Of a DNA stretch of 64,000 nucleotides, positions 9,645-19,319 are shown piece after piece; the stretch's first letter is position 1, and every line of letters starts with the position of its first letter. Source of the stretch: Candidatus Micrarchaeota archaeon. Lineage in GTDB: Archaea > Micrarchaeota > Micrarchaeia > Anstonellales > Bilamarchaeaceae. The notes under the pieces are model-generated. The model saw nothing but the letters and a program-made list of their open reading frames with translations. It searched no databases and was not told the DNA's origin. Location: contig JBDRCX010000006.1 of assembly GCA_043821365.1 (NCBI GenBank), positions 608,001-672,000 of the forward strand. Direction: 5' to 3'. The position numbers were made by a program, and so were the translations under genes.

Positions 9645-10454
9645 CAAACTGATTAACATGCCTGCAACTATTGGAGGCAATGCTGGCAGAACCATCTTCT
9701 TTTTGTAAACAAGTCCTATGAAAAGTCCAAATGATATCACTGCACCCAAGAATACGAAGATGGATGCAATAGGATTAAATGAAAGTGTTGCAACTTCAAG
9801 CATTACTGGTGCAACAAGATCTCCAGTTCCAAGGTCTATTCTTTGTTCTTTGTGCCCTCTTTTTTCGGGAGGGGCCTTTGCAGTCACAGTAAATGCAAAA
9901 TCTTTCTGCACCACAAAATTGGCCATCTCAACCATGTGTTTTGTCTTAAAGACTGCAATAAAATCATATACTGAAAGCAAAATTAGAAATAAAACAAGAG
10001 GAAAAATCCCCAATGAGACTCCGAAAATAGTTCCCACACCTGCAGTTGCCATAATAGCAGCTGAGTTTTTCAATTGTGGGTATTTGATTCTAAGACCTGA
10101 GAATATTAACCCAGCTAAGATACCAATCGCGGTACTTAGCTCCATGTCAAAAACAAGTCTTGATATTGCATATATTGTTATTGAACTGGCACTTGCAATC
10201 ATGAAAAATTCCATGATTCTGAATAAAATTGGGAATAATGAAAATTTTCTTATTAAAAGAACCATGACTATTGCTCCAAGTAGTATGTACAACAGAAAAA
10301 ATACTGCATTCATTGGGTCATCAGCATTGTTTGTTACTACCATGCTGTTTACATATGGATTTTCATCAATATCCTGCAATATGGTTGCTCCAGTAAAAAC
10401 ACCAAGAATTTGTGCTACTATGAATAAACATAGCATTGTAACTAGGAGCCTCAT
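9615..10454 (-). CDS. Presenilin/signal-peptide-peptidase family GxGD intramembrane aspartyl protease
   Basis: YD motif (LSVYDFIAV), LGTGDL, C-terminal PALP motif, multiple TM helices. Confidence 0.9.
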   Translation of the reverse strand: MRLLVTMLCLFIVAQILGVFTGATILQDIDENPYVNSMVVTNNADDPMNAVFFLLYILLGAIVMVLLIRKFSLFPILFRIMEFFMIASASSITIYAISRLVFDMELSTAIGILAGLIFSGLRIKYPQLKNSAAIMATAGVGTIFGVSLGIFPLVLFLILLSVYDFIAVFKTKHMVEMANFVVQKDFAFTVTAKAPPEKRGHKEQRIDLGTGDLVAPVMLEVATLSFNPIASIFVFLGAVISFGLFIGLVYKKKMVLPALPPIVAGMLISLLFGFLIGAY

Positions 10455-10460
10455 GTTTGC

Positions 10461-13400
10461 TTATTCGCCCACAATCTTTATATGCCCATACTCTTTTTCA
10501 TAAACCACTCCTTTACGGAGCAGTTCTGCTATAATTCTTCTTGCATTTGTTTCATCTATATCATAGGATTTGGCATCAGAAATTACTTGCTCGACATCAG
10601 CAGTATCATGCTTTCTCAAATGTTCTTTTATTATCTCCATTATTGTATCTGCTTTTTGGAGTTTTTCTCTTTCTGATCTTGGTTTTCCTGTTGCAACAAC
10701 ATCAATATCAAAGGTACCAGTGACCTTATCAGTCATAATCTGGGCCATTACATAATTGAACAAGGATATTGCAACTTCTGCATCTTCTTCTTCAACACTA
10801 TCATTAAGCCTCATTTTTGCATTTGCTTCAGCCAATCTAACAAGTCCCTCTAAGTATCTGGGGGTAATTGCAACTGATCCTGCATCTTTGCTTTTTCTTC
10901 TTAATTCAACATAAAAATCCTTTATTTTCTGTGATGCAGGTGTTGTTAGCTTTGGAGAAATCTTTCTTCTTGCATACGAAATATATTTTCGTAATAATTC
11001 TCTATCAAATTCTTCTCCATCCTCTTGACTATCTCCTCTGTGTGTTGCAAGAATATATTCAGCTAATTTTGTATCCTTTTCTTCGTCAAGAACGTCAACA
11101 ATTGGAAATATTAAATCAAATCTTGAAAGTAATGTGGGTGGAACATCAAACTGGTCTGCAAGATTTTTGGTTTGGTCAAATCTTCCGTATTTGGGATTTG
11201 CTGCTGCGAGTATGGATGTTTTTGTTCTGAATTTTGCAACAATACCTGCCTTGGCCACACTCACAGTATTATGTAGTATCGTGCATTCAGAAATGAATGA
11301 CTGGCTTGGTTGTACGGTGACATCATATGCCCATTGTTGATCTACATTGTCAATTTTTTCAACATCCTTAACTGCAACAAATCCAATCTCACCAATTGCA
11401 AATCTCTCAAGATATGTGAACTCTTTTTCGCGTTCTAATCTGCTTTCTATCAATAATCTAAGTCCTTGTTTGTATTTCTCTTCTGAAATTAATCTTTTCT
11501 CCCAATATCCAATCGTTGCTCTGCTGACACCTAATACCTCTGCCAAATCCTGTTGTGAAAATCCAAGCATCATTCTAGCATTAATGCTTTTTTTGTAATC
11601 ATATCTATTTATTCTTTCCGTCTCACTTTTTATCTGTTCAATTCTGCTACGTATCAAATCACATATCCTCGTAAAATTTCTTCGTGTGAATGCATAACCT
11701 TTTTTCTGCGAATCTAATCCATATCCAAGACAATTCTCATTTATCTTGAAAATTTTGAGCATTTTTACAACTGCGTTAATGCAATTTGGTATGACATCAA
11801 CCGTGTTTCTGTGCACTGTACTATTCTTCAGATACTCAATAATGCGTTGTTTTTTTCTTTTCGATAGGAAACCAATGTATGTAAGGTATTTCTGAAGGTT
11901 CTCTCTTCCAGTTATTGTCAATCTAAATAACTGACCATCTACAAAGATATGACTACGTATTCCAAATCTAAGTAAAAGAGTTTGAACTTGTTCTATGAAT
12001 GTTCTGTTTTCACCCACCAAACCAACATAATCGTGTGTGAATGTCCCATCAGAATCGAAAATAGCTCTAAGCATAGTTGATATTGATTCTTTTGGTGCTG
12101 ACATATATTGTTGGGGTATTATTTTTTTATTACCTTTTAACATTAAATTAGATTCAATTTTAGTTATCTGATGTACTACTGGCATTGAAATTACTCGTAC
12201 TGATGTGACTCCAGTTTCTGGTCTTGTTCTGATATATGCTGATTTGTTGAATGTACTCTCTACTGCTTCTTGGTAATCTTCAATAAGATCATCATCCTTA
12301 TTGTAGAAGTTTATTCCATTTTTTGTGCCCCTATTGAGTTCATATCCTCCATCCGTTATATGGTATCCAACTATCTTGAATCGATTTATATCATCGTTAT
12401 TTTTTGACTCAATAATTGGTAATGTTCGAGGCATTAAAGTATAATCATCAGTATCAAGTTCGTTGGCTGGTTTTGTTTTTACAATTCCATCCTCAACAAT
12501 CCAAAAAGGATGTTCTGGGGTAACCATCAATTCCCTTCCGGTTTGTAATTTTACTTTTATAAAATATTCCGGTGCTTTGTGCTTGCTAATCTGATAAGGT
12601 GTGGTGGGGTATACCTTTTCAAAATCAGTGCTTAATATCTTTGTATTTGATATCCCTTCTCTTAGGATAATACAGTCATTTCCATTTATTAGATGCTCTC
12701 TATGTTTGACCATTAAGTCCTCTACAAATTTTCCAATTTCAATTTCTTTACCATCTGCTAGCATTAATTTTGTCCTATAATGGTAACTCTGAGTTTCCAT
12801 AGCTTCATGCAATGCTGCTCTATCATCTTCTTCAATTTTGTCAAATTCATCCACCTGGGCAGTTCCACCGCTTGCAAGAACAAGTGCACCTGCTTTAAGT
12901 GTCCACCCTCCTTCTCCTAATTCATCTTTTTCTGCAGATACTGTTAAACCTGCACCAGAAACACTTTTTCCACTAACATAAATGCTTTTTGGTGCAATTT
13001 CAGAGACACTTTGAAGAAAACGACTTTTTGCAATACCAGGATCACCTATAAGCAAAATATGTATGTCATCACGTATTTGCAATCCACCCTTCATTATTTT
13101 GCCCCTAGTCCCTCCAAAAAGCTGAAGTGTTAGTGCTTTTTTTACTTCGTTATGCCCATAAATAGACGGTGCAATTGATTTTACTAGTATTTCATTTATA
13201 TTTGGGTTTTTTGCAAGTTCTTTTAGTCTTCTTTCATCGTCTTTTGATATCTCAATCTCTTCAAAATCTCTTTTCAGACTTTTCGAACTGTTAACTTCTA
13301 TGTATCTGCTGTAGATCATCTCTTGTTTTTGTCTTGTTTTTATTGGTGGTTTTAATCTTAATATACCCACAACTTCAATGTTGTCTCCTGGTGCAATTTT

Positions 13401-14018
13401 ATTCACCAGGTCATCTTCCATTAACAACTCTATGTGTGCTGCGGGTGCTCCTCCTCTTATTCTTTCTAGTAATTCCTGAACCTCTGCTCTTTGGATATCT
13501 GTAAATGTACTTTCTTCTTCAGCTTGCTGAAGTGCAAATTTCTTACAACTTTCACATCTTTTAGGTGGAACAAAATTCTTACTAACAAAGAGTTTCATTT
13601 CAGCATCGCAAAGGGTGCATTTGTAAACTGCAACCTTGACCCGGTGCATAATTTCTGCTCTTTTTGTTACAACACATTTGAATGCTACAAGTTCGTTTAT
13701 ATCCTTGGAACCAATCCCTTCTATCCAGACATTTTCTGATGGCATCTCACTAAATCTAATGTTGGGTGCAAAAATTGCTCCAGTTGCAATGGAAAGGTTC
13801 AATTGTTTTATCGCATCTTTTGCTGCTTCAATAATAAGATCTGGTGATTTGATCAGGGCATCAGCCATATCTGGATCAAATTTTTCCAAATCAGCATAAC
13901 TAACATATAAACTTTTTTGGGTTGGGTAGACTGCCAAAAGGTCATCTATTTTCGATTTATAAATAGTTGTGAAGAAGTCGGTGAATACCGCTATTTGTGA
14001 CGACAAATCAACTTCCAT
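10461..14018 (-). CDS. mcm: MCM replicative helicase containing an intein
   Basis: Zn finger CTLC...CESC, Walker A GDPGIAKS, DEFDK, AAANPKYGRF, LLSRFDL, ITPRYLE. Extein is 678 aa after removing the 507-aa intein. Confidence 0.96.
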   Translation of the reverse strand: MEVDLSSQIAVFTDFFTTIYKSKIDDLLAVYPTQKSLYVSYADLEKFDPDMADALIKSPDLIIEAAKDAIKQLNLSIATGAIFAPNIRFSEMPSENVWIEGIGSKDINELVAFKCVVTKRAEIMHRVKVAVYKCTLCDAEMKLFVSKNFVPPKRCESCKKFALQQAEEESTFTDIQRAEVQELLERIRGGAPAAHIELLMEDDLVNKIAPGDNIEVVGILRLKPPIKTRQKQEMIYSRYIEVNSSKSLKRDFEEIEISKDDERRLKELAKNPNINEILVKSIAPSIYGHNEVKKALTLQLFGGTRGKIMKGGLQIRDDIHILLIGDPGIAKSRFLQSVSEIAPKSIYVSGKSVSGAGLTVSAEKDELGEGGWTLKAGALVLASGGTAQVDEFDKIEEDDRAALHEAMETQSYHYRTKLMLADGKEIEIGKFVEDLMVKHREHLINGNDCIILREGISNTKILSTDFEKVYPTTPYQISKHKAPEYFIKVKLQTGRELMVTPEHPFWIVEDGIVKTKPANELDTDDYTLMPRTLPIIESKNNDDINRFKIVGYHITDGGYELNRGTKNGINFYNKDDDLIEDYQEAVESTFNKSAYIRTRPETGVTSVRVISMPVVHQITKIESNLMLKGNKKIIPQQYMSAPKESISTMLRAIFDSDGTFTHDYVGLVGENRTFIEQVQTLLLRFGIRSHIFVDGQLFRLTITGRENLQKYLTYIGFLSKRKKQRIIEYLKNSTVHRNTVDVIPNCINAVVKMLKIFKINENCLGYGLDSQKKGYAFTRRNFTRICDLIRSRIEQIKSETERINRYDYKKSINARMMLGFSQQDLAEVLGVSRATIGYWEKRLISEEKYKQGLRLLIESRLEREKEFTYLERFAIGEIGFVAVKDVEKIDNVDQQWAYDVTVQPSQSFISECTILHNTVSVAKAGIVAKFRTKTSILAAANPKYGRFDQTKNLADQFDVPPTLLSRFDLIFPIVDVLDEEKDTKLAEYILATHRGDSQEDGEEFDRELLRKYISYARRKISPKLTTPASQKIKDFYVELRRKSKDAGSVAITPRYLEGLVRLAEANAKMRLNDSVEEEDAEVAISLFNYVMAQIMTDKVTGTFDIDVVATGKPRSEREKLQKADTIMEIIKEHLRKHDTADVEQVISDAKSYDIDETNARRIIAELLRKGVVYEKEYGHIKIVGE
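11268..12788 (-). mobile_element. Intein with a LAGLIDADG homing endonuclease and an XRE-like HTH
   Basis: Inserted between HEAMETQ and TVSVAKAG. Starts SYHYRTKLMLADG, has block B VTPEHPFW and LAGLIDADG-like GYHITDG and RAIFDSDG, ends YDVTV...ILHN|T. Confidence 0.92.
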
Positions 14019-14128
14019 AACCTCCCTCAGATCTATTTTAGGAATAGTGGAAGTTTATATCCTTTTAGTTTATTAAACCTGCGCTATTTGCTAAAAAAGT
14101 TTAAATACATCATCATATAGGTGATTTT

Positions 14129-15316
14129 ATGAAAAAAGCAATTCTCGTTATACTTGATGGTTTAGGAGACCTTCCAACACCGAAAACACCACTTCAAGTA
14201 GCAAAGATACCGAATATGAATCGTTTGGCTAAAAATGGTATTACTGGCATGCTCAGTCCACTTAAAAAGTTTATTATTCCTGGTAGTGACACCTCGCACC
14301 TTGCAATTCTTGGGTTTGATCCATCTGTTTTCTATTTTGGTAGGGGTCCATTTGAAGCTCTTGGGCTTGGTATCAAACTCAATCCAGGTGATGTTGCATT
14401 CAGAGCAAATTTCGCAACTCTCGAGAATAATAAGGTTGTTGATCGAAGGGCAGGAAGAATTACAACATCTATTGCATCTTCTTTAGTAAAATATCTACCA
14501 AAAAAAATTGATGATGTTGAAATCATCTTCAAAAATTCAGTTGAACATAGGGGAGCACTTGTTCTTCGGGGCAATGGCCTTAGTAGTAATGTGAGTGAGA
14601 CTGACCCCCATTCTATTTCTCAGATGCATGAATGCCAACCACTTGATGACAGCCCAGAGGCAAGGAAAACAGCAACTATTGTTAATAAATTCACAAAACT
14701 TGCAATTCAAGCATTATCGTCTGTTCCAGAAAATAAAAATTTAAAGAAAAAAGCAAATGCAATACTTTTGAGAGGCGCAGGAATGTATTCAGAAGCACCA
14801 TCATTTTACGAAAGATTCGGTCTTCTGGGTGCATGTATAGCAGGTGGTGCGCTCTACAGGGGCGTTGCAAGTTTTATGGGAATGGATATCATCATGGTTG
14901 CAGGAGATACTGGGGACAAGGATACTGATCTTGAAGCTAAAGCAAATGCAACTGTAAAAGCCGCTGAAAAATATGATTTTATATTTTTACATATCAAAAT
15001 GTGCGATAGTTTTAGCCATGATGGTGATTTTGAAGGAAAGAAGAAAGCGTTGGAAAAAATAGACAAAATAATCCCAATCCTAGAAAAAACAAATGCAGCA
15101 ATCATACTCACAGGAGACCATTCAACCCCGTGCAGTCTCAAAAAGCATTCTGGTCATGAAGTTCCCATTCTTGTTTATGGTGGCGAAAGATATGACAATG
15201 TCAAAAAATTTGATGAAATAAGCTGTGCACAAGGTGGTTTGGGACATATTAGGGGCAAGGATATAATTCCACTAGTTCTGAATATTATCGGGAAAGCAGA
15301 AAAGTATGGTAGTTAG
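14129..15316 (+). CDS. apgM: 2,3-bisphosphoglycerate-independent phosphoglycerate mutase (archaeal)
   Basis: ILDGLGD...TPLQ, PGSDTSHL, GRGPFEALG, DVAFRANF, SHDG, TGDHSTP, HSGHEVP. Confidence 0.93.
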   Translation: MKKAILVILDGLGDLPTPKTPLQVAKIPNMNRLAKNGITGMLSPLKKFIIPGSDTSHLAILGFDPSVFYFGRGPFEALGLGIKLNPGDVAFRANFATLENNKVVDRRAGRITTSIASSLVKYLPKKIDDVEIIFKNSVEHRGALVLRGNGLSSNVSETDPHSISQMHECQPLDDSPEARKTATIVNKFTKLAIQALSSVPENKNLKKKANAILLRGAGMYSEAPSFYERFGLLGACIAGGALYRGVASFMGMDIIMVAGDTGDKDTDLEAKANATVKAAEKYDFIFLHIKMCDSFSHDGDFEGKKKALEKIDKIIPILEKTNAAIILTGDHSTPCSLKKHSGHEVPILVYGGERYDNVKKFDEISCAQGGLGHIRGKDIIPLVLNIIGKAEKYGS

Positions 15317-15382
15317 CTTAAATAATTTTGAGCAAATCAAAAATATAATAAAAATAAAGGGGTTCCGAACCCCTTAAACAAA

Positions 15383-15925
15383 CTATTCTGATTGTACTGT
15401 ACCAGTCAATGTTGCAACTGCAAGTCTTTCTGGTGCTCCAGCAATATCATCGGTTCTTGTGTATCTTACAGCTAAAGAACCTTTGAAATTGGAATTTGCA
15501 CCTAAGATAACAGCATCGCCATTTTCATCATAACATGGTACTGCGAGTGTACTATTGAATGCCTTTCCTGCACCTGATGCAAACTGGAATGTTCCTCCAG
15601 GCGGAGTTTGTATTGCGCTCTTGTTTATGTTTCCTGAAGGCTGTGTAGTACACATAACTCCAGTAATATTTATTGCAGCGCCTTGATCATTTGTGAGATA
15701 AAACAATACTTCAACTGAATTATCTGCAGTGTTTGATACTAGCACATGTTGTTTCTGATTGCAGCTGAAACCAGGTTGAGTAAACTGACACTCTTCTGGA
15801 GGTTTAAGTGCAGGAATAACAACTGCAACAAGTATACCTAGAACCACCAAGATCACGAATAAGGCAAGACCGTATGTTATAAGATATTCCATTACCGCTT
15901 GTCCTTTTTTGTTTCTAAATTTCAT
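15383..15925 (-). CDS. Archaeal type IV pilin (class III signal peptide)
   Basis: KKGQAVMEYLITYGLALFVILVVLGIL; Cys pair in the globular domain. Confidence 0.85.
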   Translation of the reverse strand: MKFRNKKGQAVMEYLITYGLALFVILVVLGILVAVVIPALKPPEECQFTQPGFSCNQKQHVLVSNTADNSVEVLFYLTNDQGAAINITGVMCTTQPSGNINKSAIQTPPGGTFQFASGAGKAFNSTLAVPCYDENGDAVILGANSNFKGSLAVRYTRTDDIAGAPERLAVATLTGTVQSE

Positions 15926-15937
15926 ATCATAACCTCA

Positions 15938-17011
15938 TTAACCAATTGTAGCGAATATGGATTCAACCACATTCATAACTATCCAATATACTAGGTATGC
16001 CAATCCCAATATAATTGGGAAATATTTCATACCATGGCTCTTTGAGCCTGAACGTATTATACTGATCATAAATGATGAAATCAGTGCAGTTACAAATATT
16101 GTTGGTATGCTGAACCAGAAAAAGTCACCTGAACTTATTATTGGGCCAGCAAACTTCATACTTGAGAATACTGTAAATGCACCTCCTGCTCCAGTTGGTG
16201 CCCCACTTATACTGCTTGCTACTGGAGCTATTTTTTCAAAAACTGCAACTAACTTTGAAGCAACTGCAAATAAGAACGGTGTTCCAACAATTGCTGCAAA
16301 CAAAACAAAGATTTCATAAAGAACAAGAGATGCTGCAATTTCTTTTTTCATTATTAAGGTATTTCTTACATCCTCTGATGTTCTTTCTAGAACTTCATTA
16401 AGAGCACCACCAGTTGCAGTTGCCTGTTTAAGCAATAATATGGTTCTTTTGAATATGCGAGAATCAAATCTGCTACCAAGAACATCAAGAGTATCTTCAA
16501 GAGACTCCCCACTGTATGAACTTTTTACTAATGCTTTTACTTCCACCGAAAGCAAGCCGAATTCTGGTTTGGCAGAATACCACATTGCTTGATCAAGTGT
16601 CATCCCTGCTTTTATGTTTGATGCAACAAGTGTAAGGAAATCAGGAAGAATTGCTTCTAGCTTATTTTTTCTGTCATCTGTTTTCATCAGCAAATAACTT
16701 GAAACAAGTGTCATTGTTGCCAGATACACAACTATAAATGAGGCTATAAGTATCAAAATTGGTATTGCTATCTCAAGTAAAGGTATGTATTCTTTGAAGA
16801 AATTTATTGTCAGTTCATTTATTGGTTGGTATAGTAGCATAATTAAGGTAAGGAATGCTGTTACAATCAAAATATTCAATCCAACATATCCAGCAAAAGA
16901 GTCTGCAGGCATATTAATGCCAGCACTATTTAGTTCCTTTTCCAAGCTTTTAATTCTGTCTCTGCTGAAAAGTACTCTCCCAGCATTTTCAAATACGTTA
17001 TCGCTTGCCAT
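15938..17011 (-). CDS. Type IV pilus/T2SS F-family platform membrane protein (TadC/FlaJ-like)
   Basis: LPDFLTLVASNIKAGMTLDQA, EFGLLS.E, TM helices. Start taken as the ATG at 17011 (MASDN). Confidence 0.9.
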   Translation of the reverse strand: MASDNVFENAGRVLFSRDRIKSLEKELNSAGINMPADSFAGYVGLNILIVTAFLTLIMLLYQPINELTINFFKEYIPLLEIAIPILILIASFIVVYLATMTLVSSYLLMKTDDRKNKLEAILPDFLTLVASNIKAGMTLDQAMWYSAKPEFGLLSVEVKALVKSSYSGESLEDTLDVLGSRFDSRIFKRTILLLKQATATGGALNEVLERTSEDVRNTLIMKKEIAASLVLYEIFVLFAAIVGTPFLFAVASKLVAVFEKIAPVASSISGAPTGAGGAFTVFSSMKFAGPIISSGDFFWFSIPTIFVTALISSFMISIIRSGSKSHGMKYFPIILGLAYLVYWIVMNVVESIFATIG

Positions 17012-17021
17012 GTCTATACAC

Positions 17022-17909
17022 CTATATAAGATACTTTGGTCTGGAACTCTCAACAAATCCCAAGAACAGGATTTGTATTACAGTTATTAACAGGAATATC
17101 TCCACAAGTAAAATTGATGAAAGTCCTTTTACCCCACCACTAATTGCTGAGAATACAACAGTTGCAAGAACAACACCAAGTGATGGCACAATAATCCCAA
17201 ATACCATGTAGAACATAACTATTGGAGTTAATTTCTGACTATATTCTTTCAAAGAAATCATCTGTTCTTTTGATATCTGTTCAATTACACTCTCCAATGA
17301 ATCTGAAAGATCAGAACCACTTGAAAGTGAGTTTGTTATCTGCATTAATATCCTAGTGAAATATTTTGACGGATTATACTGGACAATATCTCGTATTGCT
17401 TGTGTTATTGGAGTTCCAAGAACAACCATATCAACTATTTTTGAGAATTCTTTGCTTACTGCACCATACCCACTCGAAGCTCCAACAAAAGTATCAAATA
17501 AAGGCATACCTGATTTTAGTGCTATTACTATATGTCTACCTGCAAACACAATCTCGTAATCCATCTCCCTCTGTCTTCTTACTACTGCTGCATCAGGGTA
17601 TATCATCAAATATAGAAATATTACTGGCGGTGTTATTACTATTGGTGCCAGAATAGTAAGAACTGCGATTACTGGTTTATATCTCAAATTATATGCAATA
17701 CCGTCTCCCAATAGTAAATATGCTAATATGACCAAACCAACTGAGATTAATATTGTTGATTTTATTGTTTTCTCTAAAAATTGAATATTAGTATCTTCGA
17801 TGTCAGCCATTTTCAGTTTTTTCTTTAAGTTTGGGAATGTTGGGGCAAGCATTTCGGCTATTCCAGTTAGTAATCCCTTCTTTTTTTGTTGGATTTTGTG
17901 TTGCTCCAT
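17022..17909 (-). CDS. Type IV pilus/T2SS F-family platform membrane protein (TadB/FlaJ-like)
   Basis: LKSGMPLFD...YGAVSKEF, LSSGSDL, EYSQKL. GGAGGA RBS before the ATG at 17909. Confidence 0.88.
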   Translation of the reverse strand: MEQHKIQQKKKGLLTGIAEMLAPTFPNLKKKLKMADIEDTNIQFLEKTIKSTILISVGLVILAYLLLGDGIAYNLRYKPVIAVLTILAPIVITPPVIFLYLMIYPDAAVVRRQREMDYEIVFAGRHIVIALKSGMPLFDTFVGASSGYGAVSKEFSKIVDMVVLGTPITQAIRDIVQYNPSKYFTRILMQITNSLSSGSDLSDSLESVIEQISKEQMISLKEYSQKLTPIVMFYMVFGIIVPSLGVVLATVVFSAISGGVKGLSSILLVEIFLLITVIQILFLGFVESSRPKYLI

Positions 17910-17910
17910 T

Positions 17911-19311
17911 TTAGTCCTCCTTTTGACTGAAATATTTTCTAACAGTATTAGCACTTAATCCTTTCTCCATGGCCATTAACTCCTTAGCTTTGAATATTGC
18001 CTCTGATTTTGATAATTGTTTGTGTTCATATTTTTTATAATATTCAGAATCTCTACCATGTAGATAATATAATAGGGTACCTTCATCTGTTTCATTTATC
18101 TCCTTGATAATCTCGTGTGTTCTAATATCTGCTTCTTTGCGTTTTTCCTCAGGTTTCCTAAACACTTCTGTTCCAGCAGCATCTATCATATTCTCGATTT
18201 CCTTACCTACAATTCCTTTAACTGAGGAGAATTCTTCACCATATTTATCTATGCTCTTTAATCTTTTATCAATATCTGCAAGTATTGTTTTTTCATCTGG
18301 CCCAAGAGATTCTTTAATTTTTTCTAATTCAACAGTATGTTTTTTCATAGTGAAATTCATGTATTTGTCTATAACTTCTGGCAATTGTTCAGCAAGTGAT
18401 GTTACTGAGAACACAAATGACTCCAGTATCTCCTTTCTCTTTGCCTGGTCTCCTGCTCCTTGAAGATCATGGTAGAATTTATTATTAATCTCAGTCATTT
18501 GCTTCTTATATGATTCCATTATACTATCTTTTGTCTGTGCAATTTCTGTTTGATGAGCACTTACCATTGTCTCAAGTAGTTTTGAATAGGTTTCATCTTC
18601 TTTTTTCTTCTTTGCTTTTGCAGCTTTTACCTGTGTTCCTGTAAGCATATTTTTTAAGACAGTTATCTGTAATTTCAGTTCCTCTCTCTTTGTTGTTGTT
18701 TTCTCCTTGAATAACTGTTTTGTGAGGTCAAGCATTTTTTTCTTTAATGTATGTTCATCTGCAGCTTCACCAACCATACTTCTGATCTGGTCTTCCATTT
18801 TTTCATATCTTTCAATAGATGATTTGCTTGGTGATTCCCTCAATGCAGGTGGGACATTCGCAACAATAACCTTTCTTTCTGGTTTTTCTTCTTCCTTATG
18901 TACTTCTTCTACTTTTTGTTCTTCAAATTCTATCTTCTCCTGTTTTGGAGTTTCAACAAGCATTTCAGTGTCTATGATGTCTGGTTCTTTGGCTACTTCT
19001 TCTGCTGTTTGCAATGTTTCTGTTGTCATCTCTCTTAGTTTGTTTTCTACTTCTGTGGTTGGAGGGGCTATTTGTTGAACTTTATCCTCTTCTATTTCTG
19101 TGGTTAATATTCCCATGGCAGCTGTACTGATAATTTTCTTGTTCCTTTCATAGAGATTTACCAGGTCTTGGTATGTGTAGTCTACAAATTCTTCTGGTTC
19201 CAAATCTATTGTGTTTTCTATGTTTGAATCTCCCTTATATGGAGCGTATTCTAGCAGTTTCGATTCAAGCTTTCTTGCTTCGCTTATTCTAGCATCGAAT
19301 TCTTCAGTCAT
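17911..19311 (-). CDS. Cytoplasmic coiled-coil protein within the pilus operon
   Basis: 466 aa, E/K-rich and helical, no TM; tightly packed between the ATPase and platform genes. Confidence 0.75.
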   Translation of the reverse strand: MTEEFDARISEARKLESKLLEYAPYKGDSNIENTIDLEPEEFVDYTYQDLVNLYERNKKIISTAAMGILTTEIEEDKVQQIAPPTTEVENKLREMTTETLQTAEEVAKEPDIIDTEMLVETPKQEKIEFEEQKVEEVHKEEEKPERKVIVANVPPALRESPSKSSIERYEKMEDQIRSMVGEAADEHTLKKKMLDLTKQLFKEKTTTKREELKLQITVLKNMLTGTQVKAAKAKKKKEDETYSKLLETMVSAHQTEIAQTKDSIMESYKKQMTEINNKFYHDLQGAGDQAKRKEILESFVFSVTSLAEQLPEVIDKYMNFTMKKHTVELEKIKESLGPDEKTILADIDKRLKSIDKYGEEFSSVKGIVGKEIENMIDAAGTEVFRKPEEKRKEADIRTHEIIKEINETDEGTLLYYLHGRDSEYYKKYEHKQLSKSEAIFKAKELMAMEKGLSANTVRKYFSQKED

Positions 19312-19319
19312 TTTTTCCC

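Noticed and set aside
9718-10503. 261-aa plus-strand ORF, and similar long antisense ORFs at 20515-21324 and 31397-31660
   Set aside because: They are shadow frames opposite well-supported genes with biased composition and have no motifs of their own.
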